Translations under genes and position numbers: made by a program
The notes under the pieces: generated by a model
Database searches by the model: none
Told to the model about the DNA's origin: nothing
What the model saw: only the letters and a program-made list of their open reading frames with translations
Part shown: piece by piece, positions 11,957-20,980 of the stretch
Layout: each line of letters starts with the position of its first letter
Numbering within the stretch: the first letter of the stretch is position 1
IMG/VR virus record: IMGVR_UViG_3300043411_002794
Span: 96,001 to 160,000 of that record
Reading direction: 5' to 3' (one strand)
DNA length: 64,000 bases
Origin: a virus

Positions 11957-13045
11957 TCAGCCCGGCTTCGGGGCGTTCCTGGTTCCAGCATGGGCTTCCG
12001 ACAGGCCGCGGCGCGGCACGCTGGAGGTGTGAATGAACTGCTTTTGGGAGTTCCACTTGCGCAGTCCGTAGCCGTTTTGCCAGAGCTGCTCGCCGATCAT
12101 GTAATCGCCGCCGTTGTGCTGCAGCTTGAGGTCCGGCACGTCGCAGGCCCGCATGGCTTCCACCGACATCGCCCAGAACCCGCCGGCCGCAAAGTGAATC
12201 TTGTTGCCGTTCGGCGACGGGTTGCCCTTCATGTCGCGGAACGGGCGGGACTTGTACCAGGGCCGTTCCCGGATGAATTGTCCTTGGCCGGGCTTCAGTT
12301 CCCAGATCCGGTGGTCGCCGTAGAGGTGTTTCCCTTCCTGGTGTCCGTCGATGATGACACTCGTGAGCTTGTGCAGCCAGAGTCGGTCGCGATCGGCGAT
12401 GGAGTCGTCGTCGAACCAGAGCAGCCACTTGGTAGTGATCGGGCAGCTGTTGTCCCAGAACATCTCTCGCATGACCGGATACTTCTTGTCGTTGCTCCGG
12501 TGGCGGTAGTGCTTGGTGATGACGCCGCGGTCCACCAGGCCTTCGATAAAGCGGACGCTCTCTTCGCAGAGCTCGTTGGAGCCGATCCGGAGATCCAGGC
12601 GGCCGTCGGGCACGGTGCTGACGATCGACTCTACGCACCGGCGATGCATCTGGGCAAACTTTGCCGGACCATACAGTAACGCGAAAACCGTGTACTTGCC
12701 GCCGATTGTCGGATGGTCGTACAGCTCGCCGGTAGCGATCGCGGCAGCTGCGGTTGTCTTGATCTGCCCTTCCAGTGGTCCGACGATCTGCAGCGGCTGT
12801 GCAACGGATGCTGCGGGCGGCTGTGCGGCGGACGACGCGGGCGGCGGAGGCGCTTCGGTCACGTCAAACAGACCAAACGGATTGGCGACTTGAAGAGGAC
12901 GCGCTGCAGGTTGAGAGGGAAGCGGCACGACGAGTCCTCCGGAGCCGCCTTCGATCGTCACCGTCACTTTGGCACCGTCCCCGCGGACGTAAGAAAAGCC
13001 GTTGGTGGAGATGGGCGGGTAATGGTCGGGAGCGGGGATAGGCAT
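11957..13045 (-). CDS. GT-A fold (family 2-like) glycosyltransferase with Pro/Ala-rich N-terminal extension, about 362 aa
   Basis: TVFALLYG...RCVESI, WLLWFDDDS (DXD motif), GGFWAM, HNGGD. ATG at 13045 follows the GT9 stop. Confidence 0.7.
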   Translation of the reverse strand: MPIPAPDHYPPISTNGFSYVRGDGAKVTVTIEGGSGGLVVPLPSQPAARPLQVANPFGLFDVTEAPPPPASSAAQPPAASVAQPLQIVGPLEGQIKTTAAAAIATGELYDHPTIGGKYTVFALLYGPAKFAQMHRRCVESIVSTVPDGRLDLRIGSNELCEESVRFIEGLVDRGVITKHYRHRSNDKKYPVMREMFWDNSCPITTKWLLWFDDDSIADRDRLWLHKLTSVIIDGHQEGKHLYGDHRIWELKPGQGQFIRERPWYKSRPFRDMKGNPSPNGNKIHFAAGGFWAMSVEAMRACDVPDLKLQHNGGDYMIGEQLWQNGYGLRKWNSQKQFIHTSSVPRRGLSEAHAGTRNAPKPG

Positions 13046-13053
13046 CCGTGCCT

Positions 13054-14025
13054 CTAAAGCGAAAGTCCTGGATACGGCGGAAGCGTTCCGTCGAAATAAT
13101 AACTCAGGACTCCGTTTATGACCATCTCCGGCGTAATGATATCCATGCACCGCGGGACGGCCTGACCAGGCTTAATCACGGGCATGTGACAGAGTAACTT
13201 GTCGCCATGCAAGGGGATCGTCTTGTTCTTCCAACACCCGAATGATTTGCAACAGCTGAGCAGCCCGATGGTGTGCAAGAAACGATGCGGGACTTTCAGT
13301 TTCTCCGGACAACCGAGGCCCTTGTTCTCTAAGTAGTATCCTTCCCACCAAGGCGCCTCGCGGCCGCCGGCAACAACAACACACGGGCGTTCCAGTGCGG
13401 CGGCCATATGCATCGCAGCAGTCACGCCGCAGACTACTCCCTCGGCATTAGCGATGATGCGGATCATATCTCGCAGGTTCGTCTTGCCGACAAGATCAAG
13501 CGTGCCGGTCAGCGGGGCGTGATCGTGTCCATGATCTCGTGCTCCCAGCTGCACGACCTGGATCCCGTAACGAGCCAGCAGATCGACGGTCGTCTGCCAG
13601 TAGCGGTAGTCCCAGATCTTCACCGTGGCGTCACTCTTCCCGCCTGCCACGACGACCCAATACCGGCCCGCGATCAATGGTGCTGCTTGCTCGTCGGGCG
13701 ATAGGTGCAGATCCGGTTTCGGCTCGGTGACCGGCACGTGGATACGTGTCTGCCGCTCGAAGTTGTAATGGAACTCGCCGAGGAAGTGGACGGTCTCGCG
13801 GTTCTGTCGCTTGATGCCGGACTGATAGCACAGTTTGATCTGCCGTACTTCTTCGGTCTCCGGGATCTTGGTGATATGCGGGTTGTGTCGCCAGATGTCC
13901 TTGCAGCTGGTCTTAACGTCCACCTGCAGGTCCGGGAACGCCCGTTTGAGATCTCGCACGAAGCCGGTCATCACGACAATGTCGCCCGGGCTGCGGCCGT
14001 GCAGCAATCGATATTTTTTAGCCAC
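13054..14025 (-). CDS. Glycosyltransferase family 9 (heptosyltransferase-like), 323 aa
   Basis: SPGDIVV, DIWRHNPHI, PDLHLS, VVQLG, DLVGKTNLRD, TAAMHMAAALERPCVVV, and a Cys-rich C-terminus ending CMDIITPEMV. Confidence 0.88.
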   Translation of the reverse strand: MAKKYRLLHGRSPGDIVVMTGFVRDLKRAFPDLQVDVKTSCKDIWRHNPHITKIPETEEVRQIKLCYQSGIKRQNRETVHFLGEFHYNFERQTRIHVPVTEPKPDLHLSPDEQAAPLIAGRYWVVVAGGKSDATVKIWDYRYWQTTVDLLARYGIQVVQLGARDHGHDHAPLTGTLDLVGKTNLRDMIRIIANAEGVVCGVTAAMHMAAALERPCVVVAGGREAPWWEGYYLENKGLGCPEKLKVPHRFLHTIGLLSCCKSFGCWKNKTIPLHGDKLLCHMPVIKPGQAVPRCMDIITPEMVINGVLSYYFDGTLPPYPGLSL

Positions 14026-14034
14026 GTGCTGTCT

Positions 14035-14400
14035 CTACGCCGGGTCACAGATCCGTTGTGGAGACCGTTTCGCGTCCATCGGTTTACGGCACCGCGGACA
14101 GACGTACTTGCCGTTGGGCTGCCGTTGTCCGATGCAGACAAGTCGCGGCCTGGGGGCAGGCGTGGCTGCGGTACGGGGCGTGCTCGGCGATTTACTTCGA
14201 TGGCAGCACATGCGTGTAGATCCCTCCTGGACCGGAACTGTGACTTCTTGTCGTTGTTGCGGTGGTCCGGCGGCCGGACACCATCGTCGCGGCGGCGTAT
14301 CTTTAGCTATTTTGGCCTTACATTGGGTACAGACGTGAATGAGTTCGCCGACATTCTCGCTGCGTGTTCCGTCAGTTGTCCAGACGCAGTATTTTTCCAT
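14035..14400 (-). CDS. Cys-rich hypothetical protein with CxxC pairs, about 121 aa
   Basis: HVCTQC and YVCPRC motifs; ATG 1 nt after the upstream stop. Confidence 0.6.
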   Translation of the reverse strand: MEKYCVWTTDGTRSENVGELIHVCTQCKAKIAKDTPPRRWCPAAGPPQQRQEVTVPVQEGSTRMCCHRSKSPSTPRTAATPAPRPRLVCIGQRQPNGKYVCPRCRKPMDAKRSPQRICDPA

Positions 14401-14401
14401 G

Positions 14402-15106
14402 TTAGAGGCTTGTGACAATCATGTCCGTCGGACCCGTGCACATTTCTACAAACCCCGCCCCCGGCGCAGGCGTCGTGGGCTGCAAAGGGATCGTAAAATT
14501 CCAAGCGGCGTCACAATCAAACTTTGTCGACGTCGGCGAAATGATAAGCAAGCCCGCCTTAGGACGAATTATCGGGAGACAGAGACCCAGCGGGATGGAA
14601 ACGTACACAACATTAAATGACGTCACCCACGTAACAAGCCCGACAACACCGAGCTTCGTGCCGTCGACAATGACAAAGGTCATTGTAAAGTACATATTCG
14701 CATTTTGCCCGTCGACAGGATTGGCGGGACACCAGTCGTCGACGTATTCGTTACCACCCCAGCAACAAGCTCGCGGCGTACATTTGCGGCCGGTCGGTAT
14801 TGACTGCGACAACCATTCGATCGACGTAACACCGAAAAATTCAGCCCATGACGCTGCAGTGGCCGGGCCCGACGGCCCGCCGGCCCCGATACTGCCGCAA
14901 GTCGGAATGTCGCCGCCGTATGTAAGCGGCCACGGACCTTCAAATTGATTACAGGCGGTACAGGCCGGATCGATCGGCGGCGTTGTGCCGTCAGTGAGGC
15001 CGGGAAACTCCGCTTGCAACGACTTCCCGCTAAGATTGAATCTGCGCGTAGTGCATACGTCGCAGTATTCGTTGCACTTACAGCAGCATTTACCTTGTCG
15101 CGGCAT
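14402..15106 (-). CDS. Cys-rich hypothetical virion protein, about 234 aa
   Basis: GAGGA before MPRQGKCCCKCNEYCDVC. Confidence 0.7.
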   Translation of the reverse strand: MPRQGKCCCKCNEYCDVCTTRRFNLSGKSLQAEFPGLTDGTTPPIDPACTACNQFEGPWPLTYGGDIPTCGSIGAGGPSGPATAASWAEFFGVTSIEWLSQSIPTGRKCTPRACCWGGNEYVDDWCPANPVDGQNANMYFTMTFVIVDGTKLGVVGLVTWVTSFNVVYVSIPLGLCLPIIRPKAGLLIISPTSTKFDCDAAWNFTIPLQPTTPAPGAGFVEMCTGPTDMIVTSL

Positions 15107-15113
15107 GCTATCC

Positions 15114-16193
15114 TCAGCACTCATAGTCTTCAGGTGCGCAGTTCATCGCGATGATCACGTAACTGCAGTCGGTTGGATCGCTACCGCCGCCGCGCTGCAA
15201 AGCAACGCCCTTGCCGACGAAGCCCTGGTTCTCGTACCCGAGCGTGTTCTTAACGTAGAACGAACCGCCGCCCGGATTAGGGTTCGTTCCCCAGTGGTAT
15301 TTCTGAATGCTGACACGGACTTCGTCATCAGCTTCGCAAAAGTCTTCCGTCGCCGTGAACTCGATCCAAAGCGCTTTCTTTTGACATTGCACCAGCCGCC
15401 ACTGGCCGCTGCCGTCGGTCTTGTTACAGACAGCCCACCCCTTGGATCCAGATGCTGCACAACAGAACGCGTTGACCGGATCGTAGACCGTTAAGCTCCC
15501 TGAGGACGCGTCGCCGTAATAGAAGCTGGCGGCGGCAGAACCACTCGACATATCGGCCGTAAGGATCACCGGAGCCACGGTCACATCTTCGTGTGCCATG
15601 ACCTTCCAACCTTCCGTCGGCTCATACACGAGCCAGACGCGATTCCCTACGAACAACGGCCGCGAATCGCAACAACCGCGCAACCAACGTGCGGCGGTAA
15701 CGGCGCCGAGAAAGGTCGAGCCGTCGAACAAATCCACGAGCCACGAATCGTCGCAGCCTGTGGTATTGGAATTAAGCACGCCGCGGTATGGCCGCCCCGC
15801 GAACCCGAAATCGAAGTGAAAGCTGCAGCCGTCTCCCTGCGTGACGCTGACGGAACCGCCGCCGGCAGAGGCCGTGATCGTGGGACACGTTTCAGGGACG
15901 CTGAAATCAAAGGCCATTGCCAGTGTGCAGACGCGGCCATCATCCGTATCGAGCTGGATGACTTCGGTGGTAATGTCGACCGAGCCCTCGCCCTCGACCA
16001 ACTTGACGGTGCCGCTTGCCGTGATCTCGGGGCAGGGCGGATCAATTGCCGGGGTGAACGCCACATCGATGTTCGGTGCGTCGAATACGGCCTGCGGCGC
16101 CGGAGGCACCTCGCAGCTTTCGACGAAGCGGAACGACAGTGTCGGAATTACCGGCAGCCCGCATCGCGTGATGTCAAACAGATTAGACATCAT
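15114..16193 (-). CDS. Cys-rich hypothetical tail/baseplate-associated protein, 359 aa
   Basis: AGGAG upstream; internal repeat CPEITAS/CPTITAS; beta-rich. Confidence 0.75.
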   Translation of the reverse strand: MMSNLFDITRCGLPVIPTLSFRFVESCEVPPAPQAVFDAPNIDVAFTPAIDPPCPEITASGTVKLVEGEGSVDITTEVIQLDTDDGRVCTLAMAFDFSVPETCPTITASAGGGSVSVTQGDGCSFHFDFGFAGRPYRGVLNSNTTGCDDSWLVDLFDGSTFLGAVTAARWLRGCCDSRPLFVGNRVWLVYEPTEGWKVMAHEDVTVAPVILTADMSSGSAAASFYYGDASSGSLTVYDPVNAFCCAASGSKGWAVCNKTDGSGQWRLVQCQKKALWIEFTATEDFCEADDEVRVSIQKYHWGTNPNPGGGSFYVKNTLGYENQGFVGKGVALQRGGGSDPTDCSYVIIAMNCAPEDYEC

Positions 16194-17160
16194 TCGCTCC
16201 TATGCAGGACGTTATTTGTTCGCTGTCCAGTATTACGAGTAACCCGCTTGCATCATTTGGGTCTGCGGCAATTGTGACGCCCGGACCACCCTCAATACGG
16301 ATGTTGTTGCCGCCGATACCATTGATGCGACTGATCACTTCTCCGCATGTCGGGCCGCCGCTTAGTAGCGACGACAGAATGTGCTGCTCCGGTGGTTCTT
16401 CGTCGTCATATAGCGGGACTTCTTCGCACGGCTCACCGGCACCGGCGCTCTTGGCGGCCCCGATCGTAATTGTATTTGTGTCATCGTCCTGCCGAATGGC
16501 GCAGTTAAACCCTTCACGCAAAATAAGCGGTCCGGTCAGGCACTGCGCAGCGACGTGCAACGGCCGCGGAATATCGATGTTAGTCGTGTCGCACGGCGAG
16601 TAGGCGTGGGTGCGGCCGTAATTGGCGAGGCCCACTGTGGCGACAAATTCGGTGTTCTCGATCAGCGCAGGTTCAACAATCCAATCGGTTTCGGTAAAGA
16701 TAACGGAGTCGCCGTCAGCTAGGTCGAGTACGCTCATGTCGCCGGTTACAAGATAACCGTCCCAAACATACTCTGCGTCGCATCCGGCCGAGTCCAGCGA
16801 CAATAACTCATCATTGGTGATGGCGTCGGTGAATTCATGTTTCCACGGCTTGTCGTCGATCTGCCGCGAGAAGACGAGCGAATATTGCGAAGCCGGCCAG
16901 ACGTTGGTGCGAAACTCAAACGAAACCAGACTGCCGTCGCGGCTGATACTATGCAGCCAGACGGCCGCGCTGCTGCGAACACCCGCATCCGCGACGTCGT
17001 TTAGGTCGGCGGTCGGGCCGAATCGCGCACCAAAGTCCACGATGAGACGATAGTCCAGCGACGGCGACGCAGCCAGCGACGACGCATCGGGCCGGTATTG
17101 CGGATAAATGAACGGGTACGACCGTCCTTCGTTTTGATTGTAAAAACCGGTCGATGGCAT
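16183..17160 (-). CDS. Paralogous-array protein 5 (putative baseplate/fibre component), 325 aa
   Basis: N-terminal FYNQNEGRSYPF; late ISRINGIGGNNIRI motif. Confidence 0.78.
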   Translation of the reverse strand: MPSTGFYNQNEGRSYPFIYPQYRPDASSLAASPSLDYRLIVDFGARFGPTADLNDVADAGVRSSAAVWLHSISRDGSLVSFEFRTNVWPASQYSLVFSRQIDDKPWKHEFTDAITNDELLSLDSAGCDAEYVWDGYLVTGDMSVLDLADGDSVIFTETDWIVEPALIENTEFVATVGLANYGRTHAYSPCDTTNIDIPRPLHVAAQCLTGPLILREGFNCAIRQDDDTNTITIGAAKSAGAGEPCEEVPLYDDEEPPEQHILSSLLSGGPTCGEVISRINGIGGNNIRIEGGPGVTIAADPNDASGLLVILDSEQITSCIGANDV

Positions 17161-17163
17161 GTC

Positions 17164-17931
17164 TCATCCTTGCACATTGCGGCCGATCAGTCCGATCTTA
17201 ATGGCGCCGTCCTGCGGGTATACTCGCAGAATCGTCTTGTCCGCCAAGCTATCGTCGACCGTGATATTGAAATTGCCGTAGTCATCGGGACCGCAGTCGT
17301 TGATCGTCAGTAAGAATTGCGTCGGCTGGAACTTATCCAACGGCGAACAAAGACGACGCAGAAACAGCGGATCACCGACAACATCGATACGGATCGTGTC
17401 GTCCTCCGGCCGCACGGCAATGCCGTAGTCGCCGACAATCCAGACGTCTCCCTGCAGCAACTCGTCTTTTTCGGTGAGGATGCCCCGCAGCCCGATCTCG
17501 GGTGTCGGGATTACGCAAGTTGCAACAAACTCGGTGGCCGCTAACTCGAATGTATGCGTACCGGACGGCCAGGAAGCAAAGATGCGTAGAAGTGTCGGCT
17601 CCGATACCAAGACACCGCCATCGCGATCGTATTGATCTCGCAGCGGCAAGACAAACAGCTCGTCGTCATAAGGATCGAATGTCACGGACAGAAGTTGCGG
17701 ACTGGCGGCCGAACCTACGTAGAGCGTAACTTCCCGCGGCGCAACGATTATTGCGGAAAGGTAGAGCCGTGCGTCGCCGCCGACCGGATAGAGCGAGGCA
17801 TCAACAAAGATCTCAGGGCCGATCTCCAGCTCTTCTTCAATAGTGCGTCGCGATGCGCCGTCGGCGAACGGGTACCGCGACACTTCGTTTTGATCGCGGA
17901 AATCCGGTGGATCATAAAATGTTTCTTCCAC
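17164..17931 (-). CDS. Paralogous-array protein 4, 255 aa
   Basis: FRDQNEVSRYPF; LLTINDCGPDDYGNFNI. GTG start overlaps the upstream TAG. Confidence 0.78.
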   Translation of the reverse strand: MEETFYDPPDFRDQNEVSRYPFADGASRRTIEEELEIGPEIFVDASLYPVGGDARLYLSAIIVAPREVTLYVGSAASPQLLSVTFDPYDDELFVLPLRDQYDRDGGVLVSEPTLLRIFASWPSGTHTFELAATEFVATCVIPTPEIGLRGILTEKDELLQGDVWIVGDYGIAVRPEDDTIRIDVVGDPLFLRRLCSPLDKFQPTQFLLTINDCGPDDYGNFNITVDDSLADKTILRVYPQDGAIKIGLIGRNVQG

Positions 17932-19514
17932 TAGTTGTTCTCCAGGCTGAAGTAACTGAACTTCGCCTTAGCGCGATCGGTACCGACGCCGCACATGCCG
18001 ACCGGTGAACCGAAGCGACTAGTGGCTATGCTGAAACTTACGGAAAGATCGGCACCGTCGTCCAGGCCGTCGAGCTGCACGGCGATGGCCGTCTGCAGTC
18101 CGAAGACCGACGTCGTAACGCGCAGTCGGTACCAGTAGCCCGGGGCGAGCGGTAACGCGGTAGGACTAGCGTATTCCTGCACTAACATGCCGCCGTTGAA
18201 TCGTAGAACACGAATCTTGTTGATGTTCATGTCGACCACGACGAAGAAGTATTCGACGTGCGGGTTTGTCAGCGGGTCAACCGTGCGATAGTTCAGAACG
18301 ATGCCGCCGTTACGGAGCGGAAGCTCCGTTGTAATCATGAGTGCCGTCTCACAAACAATGCTCTGCGGCGTAACTAGGTTGCACGCCTCCAAGATCGACA
18401 AATTTCGCTGGGCGCCGCCGTACGCTATGTAGGAGATGTCATACGCGACGGCACTGGCACTGGCGCTGCTCTCTATCGGGGCGTCGCCGGTCTCGTACGC
18501 GAACAACCCGCTGCGAACGACAAAGCTGTCCGCCGTTTCGTCGTCGAACGTGGTTACGTACGGCAGTGTTGCACACGCCAGTGATTCACTGGAAATCATG
18601 ATCGATGAGTCGCTATCGGTGGCGTCGATTGCCGCCGAGTCGACGCTGTCGTAGCTGTCTGCACAACGATCTTGCGGCTCTCGTCGCGTCGCGGTAGTGC
18701 GGCAAGCATCGTCTAGATCGATATCGTGCGACAGTACGACGCCGCCGCAGGCTTCCAACAAGCCATTCACCAACGTACCGAAGCTGATGTTGATATTGCC
18801 GTCGCAGTCCGGTTTCACGTTGTTGATCGTTTCAATGGCCCCTCGCGGGCAGTTCCGGCTTTCCGGTCGCGGATCGCACGGGCCGATGTACTTCTCCAAG
18901 ACATTTGGCGCATCGGGATCCTGACGAAGACGGAGCACCAGTGCGTCACGAAACTTGTCACCAATGTAAATTTGTTCTTTCACAGCTTCGACGTCGCCCG
19001 TACCGACGATGCGAACAAAGCCGGTCAGTGCCGTGTTTCGCCCCGCCTTGCCTAGCGACGGGATGGGCGGCAACTTGTACGCGCGGGCGCACTTGGGCGC
19101 CAGCAAGCTTTGCGTCGGCGAACTGAACCGTAACGCAGTCGCTGTAATGGTGCCGCCGCGGACCGTCACACCGGCACCAAAGACTACCCAGCCGCCGACA
19201 CCGTTCGCCAGCGGACGAAGTTGATACGGGATGCCGGCCTCGGGATTTGTGATTGTTAATGATGCCAGCGGCGTGAAACCGCTTACCGTGTCGACAGCGT
19301 CCGCACCGAGTATTACAAGCGTCACCAGATTTGCGGTTACAGTGACCCCGCCTAGAAACGCAAATTGCCCGAGCGAATCAGGAAAGCGCAATTTACAGTC
19401 TACGAGTACGTCGAACGGTAGTTGCGTACCGTCGTCACCGACGCCGTCGACCGAGTCGGCCAACGGGAACCCGCGTTGTTCTTGCGTGTTGTAGTAATTG
19501 GTAAAAAACATCAA
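17931..19514 (-). CDS. Paralogous-array protein 3 with C-terminal beta-sandwich (lectin/concanavalin-like) domain, 527 aa
   Basis: YYNTQEQRGFPL; IETINNVKPDCDGNINI; C-terminal GIVLNY...YFFV...WYRLRV...GVGT...AKF pattern. Confidence 0.75.
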   Translation of the reverse strand: MMFFTNYYNTQEQRGFPLADSVDGVGDDGTQLPFDVLVDCKLRFPDSLGQFAFLGGVTVTANLVTLVILGADAVDTVSGFTPLASLTITNPEAGIPYQLRPLANGVGGWVVFGAGVTVRGGTITATALRFSSPTQSLLAPKCARAYKLPPIPSLGKAGRNTALTGFVRIVGTGDVEAVKEQIYIGDKFRDALVLRLRQDPDAPNVLEKYIGPCDPRPESRNCPRGAIETINNVKPDCDGNINISFGTLVNGLLEACGGVVLSHDIDLDDACRTTATRREPQDRCADSYDSVDSAAIDATDSDSSIMISSESLACATLPYVTTFDDETADSFVVRSGLFAYETGDAPIESSASASAVAYDISYIAYGGAQRNLSILEACNLVTPQSIVCETALMITTELPLRNGGIVLNYRTVDPLTNPHVEYFFVVVDMNINKIRVLRFNGGMLVQEYASPTALPLAPGYWYRLRVTTSVFGLQTAIAVQLDGLDDGADLSVSFSIATSRFGSPVGMCGVGTDRAKAKFSYFSLENN

Positions 19515-20977
19515 GCACTGTTTAAGGTTGCGGACTTTACCAACGGCCCGGCTGGTTCATGATTATCCAGGGCGGCCGTCAACGATACGGTCAAAGCGTA
19601 CGGCGAGGCATCTTCCGATCGTCCGTTGTTCGGGAATTGTAGCCGGAAACGTACACGAACCGTGTCGCCGGGACGAATCAGATCCCAGTACGCGTAGAAG
19701 TTCTCCCAGGTCCCGTCCATGGTGTACTGTTCGTTCTTCGCGCGCGGAATCGAGGTATCTCGAAGAGTCGTATATTTGACGATCTTCGGCGGTACCGTTG
19801 CCACCGGACCACTGTCGCACTCGAACCGCAATGCTAAGTTTTTGAGACACTTGTTGGTCTGGTTGATGTACTGCCCGGCGACGTCGATGTACGCGCCGGA
19901 CTGGGCGACCAGCGTGAGTCGCAGCGGCGTGCGCAGACATTTTGTTTTTTTGTTCCAGGTCGCGCGGTTCTCAACGTATAACGTGCGAGACTGATTTAAC
20001 GTATCGCCGATTTCCTGGTACAGCGTGTGCTCACTTGCCAGATCGCTTGCCAATTGGATGAAGTCATCGCACTCGCAGCAACGGCCGCAGTCATTACCGA
20101 GCAGAATGTGCGGCGCGAGCGGGTTGTTTTCATATTGCGGTCGGTATGTTCGCGGATCCTCGCCGACTTGTTCCATCGGTGTGCGGGCGTACAAACAATC
20201 TGCGGCCGTCAACAAAAATTCGCCCGTTGCAGTCGGGCTGACGCTGTTAATGCGACGAATGTATTCGGTCGGTGTGCCGCAGTCGTCGTAGCGTCCGAGC
20301 CCTTCGCCCGGCACAGCGTTGAATACCAGTCGCGTCTCGTGCCGGGCACCGTCGCTGAAAGCGACCGGCGAAGCATCGATCCGCATGTTGTAGCCGGCCG
20401 AGAAGTCGAGCGATTGTCGGCTGAGTGTGTCGAGCACGGCCGTTAGTGATCGCACGCGCTTCGGCAGTTTGACGACGGCCCGATCATTGAGTCGTCCGTT
20501 CTCGGGCAGGATGTGGTCGTTGTAATTGCGGGGAAGCGGTTGTGTTGTTTCCGGGTTCCACTGAGTATGCATGACAAGACGGCACACGGACGTCTCGGTG
20601 AACCATTCGTAGATTCGCCAAGCCGGACCCCAGTCGGCGGCGCGAAACGAATCCGCGGTTGTCGAATCAAAGACAACTGCGCCATTAGCGTCCTTTACGA
20701 CCAAGTCGGCGTCATGCGTTGGTGTCGGTGCCCAGTCCGGGGCCGTGACCTCGATGCACCCCAGCCCGTATATCCAGGCGATGCTGTAGGGACCAGCAAA
20801 CTTGATTAGCGACGAGTCGTAGTCAGCCTCGTCTTCAAAAGCGAGGAAGAAATCGGCCAATAGGAAGCGGATGTCTTCCGACGGTAATACGAACGGATAG
20901 TTGAGTCCGCTCTGTCTTTGCGACAGCCCGAGACCGCCGCGGCCGTACGGATCGTATTGAAAGTCAGGGCAGACCAT
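19511..20977 (-). CDS. Paralogous-array protein 2, 488 aa
   Basis: QSGLNYPF; IRRINSVSPTATGEF; NDCGRCCECDD followed by a coiled coil. Confidence 0.78.
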   Translation of the reverse strand: MVCPDFQYDPYGRGGLGLSQRQSGLNYPFVLPSEDIRFLLADFFLAFEDEADYDSSLIKFAGPYSIAWIYGLGCIEVTAPDWAPTPTHDADLVVKDANGAVVFDSTTADSFRAADWGPAWRIYEWFTETSVCRLVMHTQWNPETTQPLPRNYNDHILPENGRLNDRAVVKLPKRVRSLTAVLDTLSRQSLDFSAGYNMRIDASPVAFSDGARHETRLVFNAVPGEGLGRYDDCGTPTEYIRRINSVSPTATGEFLLTAADCLYARTPMEQVGEDPRTYRPQYENNPLAPHILLGNDCGRCCECDDFIQLASDLASEHTLYQEIGDTLNQSRTLYVENRATWNKKTKCLRTPLRLTLVAQSGAYIDVAGQYINQTNKCLKNLALRFECDSGPVATVPPKIVKYTTLRDTSIPRAKNEQYTMDGTWENFYAYWDLIRPGDTVRVRFRLQFPNNGRSEDASPYALTVSLTAALDNHEPAGPLVKSATLNSA

Positions 20978-20980
20978 GGA

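Noticed and set aside
14402-15106. Assigning the host (for example Planctomycetota) from GC content and CCC-type Cys-rich proteins
   Set aside because: Impression only. No host gene, att site or spacer match is available in the window.
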